Notes: generated from the sequence alone by a model not told the origin. A stretch of 64,000 nucleotides of DNA from Acidimicrobiales bacterium (GCA_041394285.1 JAWKIL010000026.1:1763-65762), one strand, 5' to 3'. Shown: positions 1 to 8,850, counted from the stretch's first letter. A program made the numbers and translations.

Positions 1-1277
1 GCACCCAGCTGCCCCACGGGGCGCTGCGGTTCTACGTGATGGGGGAGCGGGGGGCCGATCACGACGAGGTGCCGACGGCCGACGAGCTGGCCGTGCTGTC
101 CCGCATCGTGACCGAGGGGCTGGAGGCGGGGGCCCTCGGGTTCTCCACCAGCCGTACGGTGAAGCACAAGGCGGCCGACGGCCGCCCCACCCCCAGCCTG
201 TCGGCCGGCGATCCCGAGCTGGCGGCGGTGGCCGACGCCATGCGGGCGGCGGGGGCCGGCGTGCTGCAGGCCAACTCCGACTTCGCCCCGGGCGACTTCG
301 AGCACCTGCGTCAGGCGGCCGAGCGGGCCGGGCGGCCCCTGTCGGTCCTGCTGCTGCAGATCGACGCCGACCCCGACCGGTGGCGGGTGACGCGCAACGA
401 GATCCACCAGGCCAACGCCGGCGGGGTCACCGCCACCGGCCAGGTGGGGTGCCGGCCGATCGGCGTGCTGCTGGGCCTCGACGCCACGGTCAACCCGTTC
501 AAGACCCATCCCGCCTACCAGGCCGTCGCCGACCTGCCCCGGCCCGAGCGGGCGGCCCGGCTCCGTGGCGACGACACCCTGCGCCGGGCTCTCACCGACC
601 CCACCCAGCGGCCCCGCAACGCCCACGTCACCTGGATGGACTACGCCCTCACCCGGGCCTATGAGCTGGGCGACGAGCTGGACTACGAGCCCCATCCGTC
701 CACTGCGGTGGCGGCCCGGGCGGCGGCCGCCGGGGTCGACCCGTGGGCCCTTGCTCTGGATCTCCTGGCCGCCGGCGACGGGTCGGGGTTCCTGCTCTAC
801 CCGTTCGAGAACTACGCCGGCGGTGACCTGGAGGTGATCCGGGAGATGCTGACCGACCCCCACACGATCTGCGGCATCGGCGACGCCGGGGCCCATGTGG
901 GCACGATCTGCGACGCCTCGTACCCCACGTTCCTGCTGCAGCACTGGACCCGGGACCGCACCCGGGGCGAGCGGCTGCCGCTGGAGCACGTGGTCCACAT
1001 GCAGACGTGGCGCACCGCCCGGGCCTACGGACTCCTCGATCGGGGCCTGCTCCGGCCCGGCTACCGGGCCGACATCAACGTGGTCGACCACGCCACCGTG
1101 TCGGTGGGCCGGCCCGAGCTGGCCTACGACCTGCCCACCGGCGGCAAGCGGTTCGTGCAGCGGCCCACCGGCTACCGCCACACGTTCGTCGCCGGCGTCG
1201 AAACCCTGGCCGGTGGGGAGCTCACCGGCGCCCGCCCCGGCCGCCTGGTGCGGGGAGCGCAGCCGTCGCCGGACTGA
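1..1277 (+). CDS. N-acyl-D-amino-acid deacylase (D-aminoacylase) family amidohydrolase, C-terminal part; the 5' end lies upstream of the window
   Basis: The frame is open from base 3 (TQLPHGALRFYVMGERG...), so the M at 36 is internal. Translation carries the D-aminoacylase-type C-terminal half (GFSTSRT, ICGIGDAGAHVG, FLLQHWTRDR). Stop TGA at 1275-1277. Confidence 0.75.
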   Translation, partial: TQLPHGALRFYVMGERGADHDEVPTADELAVLSRIVTEGLEAGALGFSTSRTVKHKAADGRPTPSLSAGDPELAAVADAMRAAGAGVLQANSDFAPGDFEHLRQAAERAGRPLSVLLLQIDADPDRWRVTRNEIHQANAGGVTATGQVGCRPIGVLLGLDATVNPFKTHPAYQAVADLPRPERAARLRGDDTLRRALTDPTQRPRNAHVTWMDYALTRAYELGDELDYEPHPSTAVAARAAAAGVDPWALALDLLAAGDGSGFLLYPFENYAGGDLEVIREMLTDPHTICGIGDAGAHVGTICDASYPTFLLQHWTRDRTRGERLPLEHVVHMQTWRTARAYGLLDRGLLRPGYRADINVVDHATVSVGRPELAYDLPTGGKRFVQRPTGYRHTFVAGVETLAGGELTGARPGRLVRGAQPSPD

Positions 1278-1285
1278 GCGAAATA

Positions 1286-1322
1286 AGGAGCCTGAGCGGC
1301 GCTCAGCGCCGCTCAGGCTCCT
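1286..1322 (-). terminator. Perfect 17-bp stem / 3-nt loop hairpin. Read on the minus strand it is followed by TTATTT, so it is the likely intrinsic terminator of the ABC operon and possibly bidirectional
   Basis: aggagcctgagcggcgc-tca-gcgccgctcaggctcct lies between convergent genes (stops at 1277 and 1335). A near-identical copy sits at 17641-17677. Confidence 0.6.
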
Positions 1323-1334
1323 CAGAACGCGGGC

Positions 1335-3317
1335 TCAGGTCGCCTGGCCGGCGAACTGAGCCGAGTAGAGGCGGGCGTAGGGGCCGTCGTGGGCCAGGAG
1401 GTCGTCGTGGCTGCCCTGCTCCACGATGCGGCCACCGTCCATCACCAGGATCACGTCGGCCCCCCGGATGGTGGACAGCCGGTGGGCGATCACGAAGCTG
1501 GTGCGCTGGGACCGGAGGCGGTTCATGGCCTCCTGGATGAGCACCTCGGTGCGGGTGTCGACCGAGCTCGTGGCCTCGTCGAGGATCAGGATCGACGGAT
1601 CGGCCAGGAAGGCCCGAGCGATCGTGATCAGCTGCTTCTCGCCGGCCGAGATGTTGTCGCCCTCGTCGTTGATGACCGTGTCGTAGCCATCGGGCAATGA
1701 GTGGACGAACCGGTCGACATACGTCACCCGGGCCGCCTCCATGATCTGCTCGTCGGTGGCCGTCGGGTTGCCGTAGGCCAGGTTGTCGCGGATCGTGCCC
1801 CCGAAAAGCCAGGTGTCCTGCAGCACCATGCCGATCTCGGACCGCAGCTCGTGACGGGGGATCGAGGCGATGTCGCGGCCGTCGAGCGTGATGCGCCCGC
1901 CGTCGAGGTCGTAGAACCGCATCAGCAGGTTCACCAACGTGGTCTTGCCCGCTCCGGTGGGGCCGACGATGGCCACGGTCTGCCCCGGCTCGGCCACCAC
2001 GGTGAGGCCTTCGATGAGCGGCTTGGCCGGGTCGTAGGCGAAGTGGACGTCGTCGAACACCACCCGGCCCTTCACCGGTCCGGGGTGGGCGGTGGCTTCG
2101 GGTTCGGGCGACTGCTCGTCGGCGTCGAGCAGTTCCAGCACCCGTTCCAGCGAGGCGATGCCCGACTGGAAGGTGGCCGCCATCGACGCCAGGTGGCTGA
2201 GCGGCATCGAGAACTGGCGGGCGTACTGGATCAGGGCCTGCATCTCGCCCACCGTGAGCGAGCCGGAGGCGATCCGCAGCCCACCGACCACGGCGATCAG
2301 AATGAACTGGAGGTTCCCCATGAACACCATGACCGGCATGATCAGGCTGGCCATGAACTGGGCACCGAAGCTGGCCTGGTAGAGCTGCTCGTTGTCGGCG
2401 CTGAACCGCTGCTCCACGTCGGCCTGGCGGCCGTAGCTCTTCACGATGGCGTGCCCCGTGAACACCTCCTCGGCCTGGCCGTTGAGAGCGCCGGTGTAGC
2501 GCCACTGGGAGATGAACCGGGGCCGGGCCCGGCCCCCGATCTGCTTCATCAGGATCACCGACGTCGGCACGGTCACGAAGGCCACGGCGGCCAGGATCGG
2601 GTCGATGACGAACATCATCACCAGCACCCCGATCAGGGTGAGGAGGTTGGTGAGGATCTGGCTCGTCGTCTGCTGGAGGCTCTGGGCCAGGTTGTCGATG
2701 TCGTTGGTGACCCGGCTCAACAGGTCTCCCCGGGCCTGGCGGTCGATGTAGCTCAGCGGCAGGCGGTGGATCTTCGCTTCCACCTGCTCCCGCAGGCCGA
2801 ACATCGACCGTTGGAGCACGCCGGCCAGCAGCCACGCCTGCCCGTAGGCCAGGGCCCACGACCCGAGGTAGATGGCGGCCACGATCAGGAGCTTGCGGTG
2901 CAGGGCCCCGAAGTCGATGCCCCCGCCGGTGACGCCGCTCACGATGATGTCCGTGGCCTGCCCCAGCAGGCGGGGCCCGATCACCACCAGCGACACGCTG
3001 GCCACCGACAGCAGAGCCACCACGATCAGGAGATTCTTCTCCGCCCCGAGGATCTGGCCCAGGCGCTTGATCGAACCCTTGAAGTCCTTGCTCTTCTCCG
3101 CCGGCATCCCGTGCCCGCCGCCGGGGCCGAAGCTCCCCCGCCGGGCCGCCCGGCCGGTGGTGGTGAGCAGGTGCTGCTCGTCGTCGTCACCGCCGCCGCC
3201 GTTGCAGCCCGGTGCACCGCGCCCGTTGGCGCCGGCCCGGACGCCGTTGCCGTTGCCATTGCCGGCCGGGTCGTGCCCGTTGCCGTTGCCGTTCTGGTGC
3301 TCCCCGTTGCCGCTCAT
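1335..3317 (-). CDS. ABC transporter, fused permease/ATP-binding protein (exporter type), with a low-complexity N-terminal extension
   Basis: This is the C-terminal 660 aa of the 1269-aa run-on ORF, starting at MSGNGEHQNGNGNG. It has six-TM exporter core sequence, Walker A GPTGAGKTT, signature ISAGEKQ and Walker B ILILDEATS. The ATG at 3317-3315 overlaps the upstream stop (ATGA). Confidence 0.9.
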   Translation of the reverse strand: MSGNGEHQNGNGNGHDPAGNGNGNGVRAGANGRGAPGCNGGGGDDDEQHLLTTTGRAARRGSFGPGGGHGMPAEKSKDFKGSIKRLGQILGAEKNLLIVVALLSVASVSLVVIGPRLLGQATDIIVSGVTGGGIDFGALHRKLLIVAAIYLGSWALAYGQAWLLAGVLQRSMFGLREQVEAKIHRLPLSYIDRQARGDLLSRVTNDIDNLAQSLQQTTSQILTNLLTLIGVLVMMFVIDPILAAVAFVTVPTSVILMKQIGGRARPRFISQWRYTGALNGQAEEVFTGHAIVKSYGRQADVEQRFSADNEQLYQASFGAQFMASLIMPVMVFMGNLQFILIAVVGGLRIASGSLTVGEMQALIQYARQFSMPLSHLASMAATFQSGIASLERVLELLDADEQSPEPEATAHPGPVKGRVVFDDVHFAYDPAKPLIEGLTVVAEPGQTVAIVGPTGAGKTTLVNLLMRFYDLDGGRITLDGRDIASIPRHELRSEIGMVLQDTWLFGGTIRDNLAYGNPTATDEQIMEAARVTYVDRFVHSLPDGYDTVINDEGDNISAGEKQLITIARAFLADPSILILDEATSSVDTRTEVLIQEAMNRLRSQRTSFVIAHRLSTIRGADVILVMDGGRIVEQGSHDDLLAHDGPYARLYSAQFAGQAT

Positions 3318-5095
3318 CACGCCACCGCCCCGGCGCCGAGCTGGGAGGCGACGATCTCGGCGTAGGTCGGGCAGCCGTCGACCAACTCGCTGTGGGTGCC
3401 CCGGCCTACCACCTCCCCGTCCTCCAGGACGAGGATCTCGTCGGCGTCGATGATGGTGGATACCCGCTGGGCCACGATCACCACGGCGGCATCCCTGGTT
3501 CGGGGGGTGAGGGCAGCCCGCAGGCGGGCGTCGGTGGCGAGATCGAGGGCGGAGAAGGAGTCGTCGAACACGTAGATCTCCGGTCGGGCCACCAGGGCCC
3601 GGGCGATGGACAGGCGTTGTCGTTGGCCGCCCGAGACGTTGGACCCGCCCTGGGCGATGGGAGAGGCCAGCCCGTCGGGCATGGCCTGCACGAAGCCGGC
3701 GCCCTGGGCCACCTCGAGCGCATCCCACAGCTCCTCGTCGGTGGCGCCGGGCCGGCCGAAGCGCAGGTTGGAGGCGACGGTGCCGGAGAACAGGTAGCCC
3801 CGCTGGGGCACGTAGCCGATCCGGCCCCACAACAGGTCGGGGTGGAGTTGGCGCACGTCCACCCCGTCCACCAGGACTGTGCCCTCGGTGGCGTCGAAGA
3901 GCCGGGCGATCAGGTTGACCAGCGTGGTCTTGCCCGAGCCGGTGGAGCCGATGATGGCCAGCGTCTGGCCGGCCGCCACCTTGAACGAGATGTCGTGGAG
4001 CACCGCCGTCTGGGCCCCGGCGTAGGCGAAGCTCACGTTGCGGAACTCGAGCGTGCCGTGTTCGGCCGTCTCGGTGACCGGATGGTCCGGCGGCCGCACC
4101 GAGGAGTCGGTGTCGAGCACCTCCACGATCCGCTCGGCCGCCACCGCCGCCCGGGGGATCATCGACACCATGAACGTGCCCATCACCACCGCGATCAGGA
4201 TCTGCATCAGGTAGCTGAGGTAGGCCACCAGCGACCCGATCTGCATCTGGCCGGCGTCGATCCGGTTGGCGCCCAGCCACAGGACTCCCAGGCTCGACAC
4301 GTTCACGATCAGCCCCACGGTGGGGAACATCGAGGCCATCAGCCGGCCGGTGCGCAGCGAGGTCTCGGTCAGGTCGGCGTTGGCCCGCTCGAAACGCTCG
4401 GTCTCCTGGGGTTCCCGCACGAACGCCCGGACCACCCGGATGCCCGTGATCTGCTCCCGCAGGACGCCGTTGACCCGGTCGATCCGGGTCTGCATGAGCT
4501 GGAAGGCGGGAACCATCCGGTAGACGATCGAGCCCAGCAACACCCCGGCCATCGGCACCGACACCAGCGGCACCACCGACAGGCCGGTGTCTTCCCGGAG
4601 GGCCATCACGATGCCGATCACCATGGTCAGGGGGGCGGCCAGCATCATCGTGGCGGCCAGCACCGTGAGCTGCTGTACCTGCTGCACGTCGTTGGTGATG
4701 CGGGTGATGAGCGAGGGTGCTCCGAACCGGCCGACCTCCCGGGCCGAGTAGCTCGTGACCTGGTGGAACAGGTCCCGGCGGACGTCGCGGGCGAAGGCCA
4801 TCGTCATACGGGCCCCGAACCACACGGCGGCTGCGGCGAAGGCGATCTGGACGAAGCTGAACGCCACCATCAGGCCGCCCTCGCGCCACACGCCGCTGTT
4901 GTCGCCCTGGAGCACGCCGGAGTCGAGCAGGTTGGCGTTCAGATGGGGGAGGATCAGCGTGGCCGTGGTCTGGACCGCCTGAAGCACGATGACCAACGCC
5001 AGGACGCGGCGGTACGGGCCGAGGTGCGACCGCAGGAGGCGGCGCAATGCCGCCGGCTGCCGGTTCGTTGACAAGGGAGAGGAGGCGGCCCTCAT
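3317..5095 (-). CDS. ABC transporter, fused permease/ATP-binding protein; partner half of a heterodimeric exporter
   Basis: 592-aa ORF with Walker A GSTGSGKTT, signature VSGGQRQR and Walker B IYVFDDSFSALD. It is translationally coupled to both neighbouring genes. Confidence 0.9.
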   Translation of the reverse strand: MRAASSPLSTNRQPAALRRLLRSHLGPYRRVLALVIVLQAVQTTATLILPHLNANLLDSGVLQGDNSGVWREGGLMVAFSFVQIAFAAAAVWFGARMTMAFARDVRRDLFHQVTSYSAREVGRFGAPSLITRITNDVQQVQQLTVLAATMMLAAPLTMVIGIVMALREDTGLSVVPLVSVPMAGVLLGSIVYRMVPAFQLMQTRIDRVNGVLREQITGIRVVRAFVREPQETERFERANADLTETSLRTGRLMASMFPTVGLIVNVSSLGVLWLGANRIDAGQMQIGSLVAYLSYLMQILIAVVMGTFMVSMIPRAAVAAERIVEVLDTDSSVRPPDHPVTETAEHGTLEFRNVSFAYAGAQTAVLHDISFKVAAGQTLAIIGSTGSGKTTLVNLIARLFDATEGTVLVDGVDVRQLHPDLLWGRIGYVPQRGYLFSGTVASNLRFGRPGATDEELWDALEVAQGAGFVQAMPDGLASPIAQGGSNVSGGQRQRLSIARALVARPEIYVFDDSFSALDLATDARLRAALTPRTRDAAVVIVAQRVSTIIDADEILVLEDGEVVGRGTHSELVDGCPTYAEIVASQLGAGAVA

Positions 5096-5754
5096 CGGGT
5101 TCCTTTCTGGGGGGCGACGGCATCGCCCTGCTGGCTGGTGGCACCGTCTCCGGTGGCGACGGGCCCGGCCGGGAGCTGGGCCGCCCCGTGGAGGAACAGA
5201 GCGACGACGTCAGCCGGGGGGCGGGGGGCGGAGGTGAGCATCGGGTGGGTGCAGGCGAACGTGATCGACCGCAGGAGGCGGGCCCCGTCGGCCGGTTCCA
5301 CCCGCAGGCGGCCGGGGGCCGAAGCCAGGAGCTCGGCCAGGGCCGGGCTGTCGGGCAGGGGACGGGGCGGATGGGTGTGGTGGTGGGGGCCGAGTTGGGT
5401 GACGAGGCGCCAGATGTCGGCGATGTGGCGCTGGATCAGCACCACGGCTTCGGCCAGGCGCGCCTCGAAGGGCAGCTCGGACCCTATGGCGGCGATGGCC
5501 CGCTCGAACGGGGCGGTGTCGACGGCGGCGGCCTGCACCGCAGCCAGGAGCGCCTCCTTGTCGCCGAAGGCGTTGAAGATCGTGCCCTCGGACACGCCGG
5601 CGGCCGCCGCCAGCTGGCGGGAGGTGACGGCCGCCCCCTGCTCCATCAGCAGCGGCAACACCGCCTCGATGATCGCGGCCCGCCGCTCCTCGGGCGGCAG
5701 GGGCGCGGCCCGGCGCCGACCGGCGGTGGGGGCGGTGGTGAGCGGGGTCGTCAC
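5092..5754 (-). CDS. TetR/AcrR family transcriptional regulator
   Basis: N-terminal HTH RRAAIIEAVLPLLMEQGAAVTSRQLAAAAGVSEGTIFNAFGDKEALL. It overlaps the first ABC gene by 4 nt, giving a tetR-ABC-ABC operon. Confidence 0.9.
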   Translation of the reverse strand: MTTPLTTAPTAGRRRAAPLPPEERRAAIIEAVLPLLMEQGAAVTSRQLAAAAGVSEGTIFNAFGDKEALLAAVQAAAVDTAPFERAIAAIGSELPFEARLAEAVVLIQRHIADIWRLVTQLGPHHHTHPPRPLPDSPALAELLASAPGRLRVEPADGARLLRSITFACTHPMLTSAPRPPADVVALFLHGAAQLPAGPVATGDGATSQQGDAVAPQKGTR

Positions 5755-5769
5755 GGCCCGTCACTCTAA

Positions 5770-5789
5770 CTGAGTGAGCGCTTACTCAG
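5770..5789. promoter_or_regulatory. Candidate TetR operator: 20-bp near-perfect palindrome in an AT-richer patch just upstream of tetR
   Basis: ctgagtgagcgcttactcag pairs at 9 of 10 positions and lies 16 nt upstream of the tetR start codon. The adjacent gataattctttc is unusually AT-rich for this DNA. Confidence 0.45.
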
Positions 5790-5976
5790 ATAATTCTTTC
5801 GGCTGTGAAGCGCGGGGGAGACCCCTATAGGGGCCCCATTTCACCGGTGGCACCCCCGATTCGGGATCGTCCGGCCGGGCGGACGATGCGATCCATGACC
5901 TCCACCGCCCGATCCCTCAACTGCACGGCCGCCGTCGCCCCGGCGCTGGCGACCGGGCCCCGGACCACCTCCGCCC

Positions 5977-6086
5977 GCAACGGCGTGAGCTTCGGCAACG
6001 GCCCCCGGGTCGCCGCTGCCCTGCGTAACGGCGTCAGTTTCGGCAACGCCCCGCTCCGCTGAGTGGGCCCGCTCCGCTGAGCGGGG
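5977..6086. repeat. Short intergenic direct repeats (about 48-bp period x2, then 19-bp period x2) ending in a small hairpin downstream of the CoxL-like gene
   Basis: gcaacggcgtgagcttcggcaacg at 5977 and gtaacggcgtcagtttcggcaacg at 6025. ccgctccgctgag occurs twice near 6050-6082, with a ccgctc/gagcgg stem. Confidence 0.6.
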
Positions 6087-6104
6087 CTGCTCGGCGCGCC
6101 CGGG

Positions 6105-8543
6105 TCAGATCTGCTCGGCGGCATCGGCGGCGGACTCGCCGCCCGCCTCGTTGCCGTCACCGGCGGCGGCCGCCGCTTCCACCAGCCGGTCGAACACGGC
6201 CGGGGGCTCCCGCCAGGGGTCGGTGAGCGTGCCGCTCTCGGCAGCCCGGACCGCCTCCCACACCCGTAGCGGGGTGCACGGCATGTCGACATGGCGTACC
6301 CCGAGGTGGGCCAGGGCATCGACCACTGCGTTCTGCACCGCCGGCGTGGACCCGATCGTGCTGGCCTCCCCGATGCCCTTCACCCCGAGCGGGTTGAGAT
6401 GGGTCGGGGTGACCGTGTGGTGCACCTCGAAGCTGGGGAACTCGGCCGCCGACGGGAAGGCGTAGTCCATGAAGTTGCCCGTGATCGGGTTGCCGGCCTC
6501 GTCGAACACCACCTGCTCGTACAGGGCCTGGCTCACGCCCTGCCCCACCCCGCCCAGCTGCTGGCCCTCGTAGATCAGCTCGTTCACCACCGGCCCGGCG
6601 TCGTCGACCGCGACGTGGCGCACCAGCGTGACCCGACCGGTGTCGAGGTCGACCTCCACCACGGCGATGTGGGTGCCGAACGGGAAGGTGCCGTCGGCCT
6701 GGGCGAAGTCGAGCTGGGCCGCCAGCCCCGCCGTGCCGTCGGCGTGGTCGACCACCCCGTCGGGGGCCTCGGCCGCCCGGGCCGCCAGCTCGCCCCAGCT
6801 CAGGGCGCGGGCCGGCACGCCGGCAACGCCGACGGTGCCGGCATCGGTGTCGACCACGATGTCGTCGGGGCTGGCCTCCAGCAGATGGGCGGCCAGGCCG
6901 CGGGCCTTGGCCACCACGGTCTCGGTGGCCCGGGCCACGGCCGACCCGCCGAGCTGCAGGCTCTTCGACCCGCCGGTGCCGCCGCCCTTGGGGACCAGGT
7001 CTGTGTCGGATTGGACGAGGCGGATCCGCTCCACCGGGATGCCGGTCTGCTCCGACACGAGCATGGCGAACGACGTCTGGTGGCCCTGACCGTGGGCCGA
7101 CGAGCCGGAGTAGATGGTGGCGCTGCCGTCGGCGTTGATCTCCACGCCGCCGAACTCGCTGCCGCCGCCCCCGGCCGTGACCTCCACGAACGAAGCCACC
7201 CCGATGCCGAGCACCGTGCGCTCTCCGGCTTCCCGCCGGCGCCGCTGCTCGGCCCGCAGCTCGTCGTAACCGGCCAGCTCGGCCGCCCGCTCCAAGGGTG
7301 TGAGGTAGTCGCCCGAGTCGTAGGTGATGCCGGTGAGGGTGGCGAAGGGGAACTGGTCGGGCGTCAGGAAGTTGCGACGCCGGATCTCCAGCGGGTCGAT
7401 GCCCAGCTCCAGGGCCGCCTGGTCCACCAGACGCTCCAGCAGGGCCGCCGCCTCGGGCCGCCCCGCCCCCCGGTAGGCCCCGGTGGGGGTGGTGTTGGTG
7501 ACGCCGACGGCCACGTCGAAGCGGATGGCGGGGAACGCGTAGGTGCCGTTCGACATCCGCTTGGTCCCCGCCGGGAGCATGGTGCCGATGTTCGGGTAGG
7601 CGCCGGCGTCGCCCACCAGGCGCACCCGCAGCCCGGTGAACGTACCGTCGGCCCGGCACCCCAGCTCGCAATACTGGACCTGGGCCCGGGAGTGGACCAT
7701 GGCCACCATGTTCTCGCTGCGGGTCTCGGTCCAGGTCACGGGCCGCCCCACCAGCTGGGCGGCGGCCGCCACCGCCGAGTTCTCGGGGCACAGGCCGGCC
7801 TTGGCCCCGAACCCTCCTCCCACGTGGGGGCAGATGACCCGTACCCGGTCGGCCGGCATCGTCAGGGCGCCGGCCAGCTGGTCCCGCAGGATGTGGGGCA
7901 TCTGGTTGGAGGCGTAGAACGTGAGGCGGCCCGACGGGCCGTCGCCGCCGTCGCCGGGCACAGCGGCGCACGAGTTGGGCTCCATCGGCGCGCCGGCCAG
8001 GCGCTGGTTGACGTAGCGACCCCGCACCACGTGATCGGCGCCGGCCAGCACGTCGGTGGCCGGATCGGTGATCGACAGGGCGATGTTGTCGCCCTTGGCG
8101 TCGTGGATCACGGGGGCCCCGTCGTCGAAGGCGTGCTCCGGATCCACGATCACGGGGAGAGGGTCGTAGTCGACGACGACCAGCTCGGCGGCGTCGACGG
8201 CCTGCTGGAACGTCTCGGCCAGCACCATGGCCACCGCCTCGCCCACGAACCGGACCCGGTCGGTGGCCAGGGGAGGGCGGGCGAAGGCGTCGTGCACGGC
8301 GATGAACCCGTGGTGGGGGGCCACGCCCAACTCGGCCGCGGTGAGCACCGCCACCACGCCGGGGGCGGCCGCCGCCTCGGCCGTGTCGATGCCCGTGATC
8401 AGCGCGTGGGGCTCGATCGACCGGACGAACACGCAGTGCAGCACCCCCTCCAGACCGAGGTCGTAGACGTAGGTGCCGCCCGTCGTGAGCAGCTCGGGGT
8501 CTTCGGTGCGTCGGACACGGTTGCCCAGGATCGATCCAGCCAT
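6105..8543 (-). CDS. Xanthine dehydrogenase / aerobic CO dehydrogenase large-subunit family molybdopterin-binding protein (form-II CoxL-like)
   Basis: 812 aa. The N-terminus MAGSILGNRVRRTEDPELLTGGTYVYDL is typical of the family. The active-site loop reads AYRGAGR (form-II type), not the AYXCSFR of bona fide CO dehydrogenases. Confidence 0.85.
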   Translation of the reverse strand: MAGSILGNRVRRTEDPELLTTGGTYVYDLGLEGVLHCVFVRSIEPHALITGIDTAEAAAAPGVVAVLTAAELGVAPHHGFIAVHDAFARPPLATDRVRFVGEAVAMVLAETFQQAVDAAELVVVDYDPLPVIVDPEHAFDDGAPVIHDAKGDNIALSITDPATDVLAGADHVVRGRYVNQRLAGAPMEPNSCAAVPGDGGDGPSGRLTFYASNQMPHILRDQLAGALTMPADRVRVICPHVGGGFGAKAGLCPENSAVAAAAQLVGRPVTWTETRSENMVAMVHSRAQVQYCELGCRADGTFTGLRVRLVGDAGAYPNIGTMLPAGTKRMSNGTYAFPAIRFDVAVGVTNTTPTGAYRGAGRPEAAALLERLVDQAALELGIDPLEIRRRNFLTPDQFPFATLTGITYDSGDYLTPLERAAELAGYDELRAEQRRRREAGERTVLGIGVASFVEVTAGGGGSEFGGVEINADGSATIYSGSSAHGQGHQTSFAMLVSEQTGIPVERIRLVQSDTDLVPKGGGTGGSKSLQLGGSAVARATETVVAKARGLAAHLLEASPDDIVVDTDAGTVGVAGVPARALSWGELAARAAEAPDGVVDHADGTAGLAAQLDFAQADGTFPFGTHIAVVEVDLDTGRVTLVRHVAVDDAGPVVNELIYEGQQLGGVGQGVSQALYEQVVFDEAGNPITGNFMDYAFPSAAEFPSFEVHHTVTPTHLNPLGVKGIGEASTIGSTPAVQNAVVDALAHLGVRHVDMPCTPLRVWEAVRAAESGTLTDPWREPPAVFDRLVEAAAAAGDGNEAGGESAADAAEQI

Positions 8544-8590
8544 CCGGGCACTCTAGGCAGCCGCAGTGACAGCGACGCAGCGTCAGCCAG

Positions 8591-8833
8591 GGCGGCGGTG
8601 GGGTTGGGGCCTCGACGTTGGTGGGGGTGGCCCGTAGGGGCGGCGGTGGGGTTGGGGCCTCGACGTTGGTGGGGGTGGCCCGTAGGGCCGGCGGTGGGGT
8701 TGCTCGACGTTGGTGGGGGTGAGGGGCGGCGGTGGGGTTGGGGCCTCGACGTTGGTGGGGTGGCCGGCGGTGGTGGGGCCCCGACGCTGATGGGGAGGCC
8801 CGCAGGGCCGGCGGGGGCGGCAGCCCCCGAACA
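8591..8833. repeat. Degenerate G-rich tandem repeat (about 5 units of 37-49 bp) filling the divergent intergenic region
   Basis: The unit ggcggcggtggggttggggcctcgacgttggtgggggtggcccgtaggg recurs at 8591, 8640, about 8689, about 8726 and about 8765 with decay. It generates the spurious Pro-rich ORF 8583..9089. Confidence 0.8.
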
Positions 8834-8850
8834 ACAGAGCTACTGTCCGG

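Noticed and set aside
1335-5144. 1269-aa ORF that would fuse both ABC transporter genes into one giant protein
   Set aside because: Only its C-terminal 660 aa (from MSGNGEHQ at 3317) read as an ABC exporter. The upstream 600 aa are Arg/Pro/Gly-rich out-of-frame run-on over the real 592-aa gene (3317..5095), which is in another frame and carries its own Walker and signature motifs.
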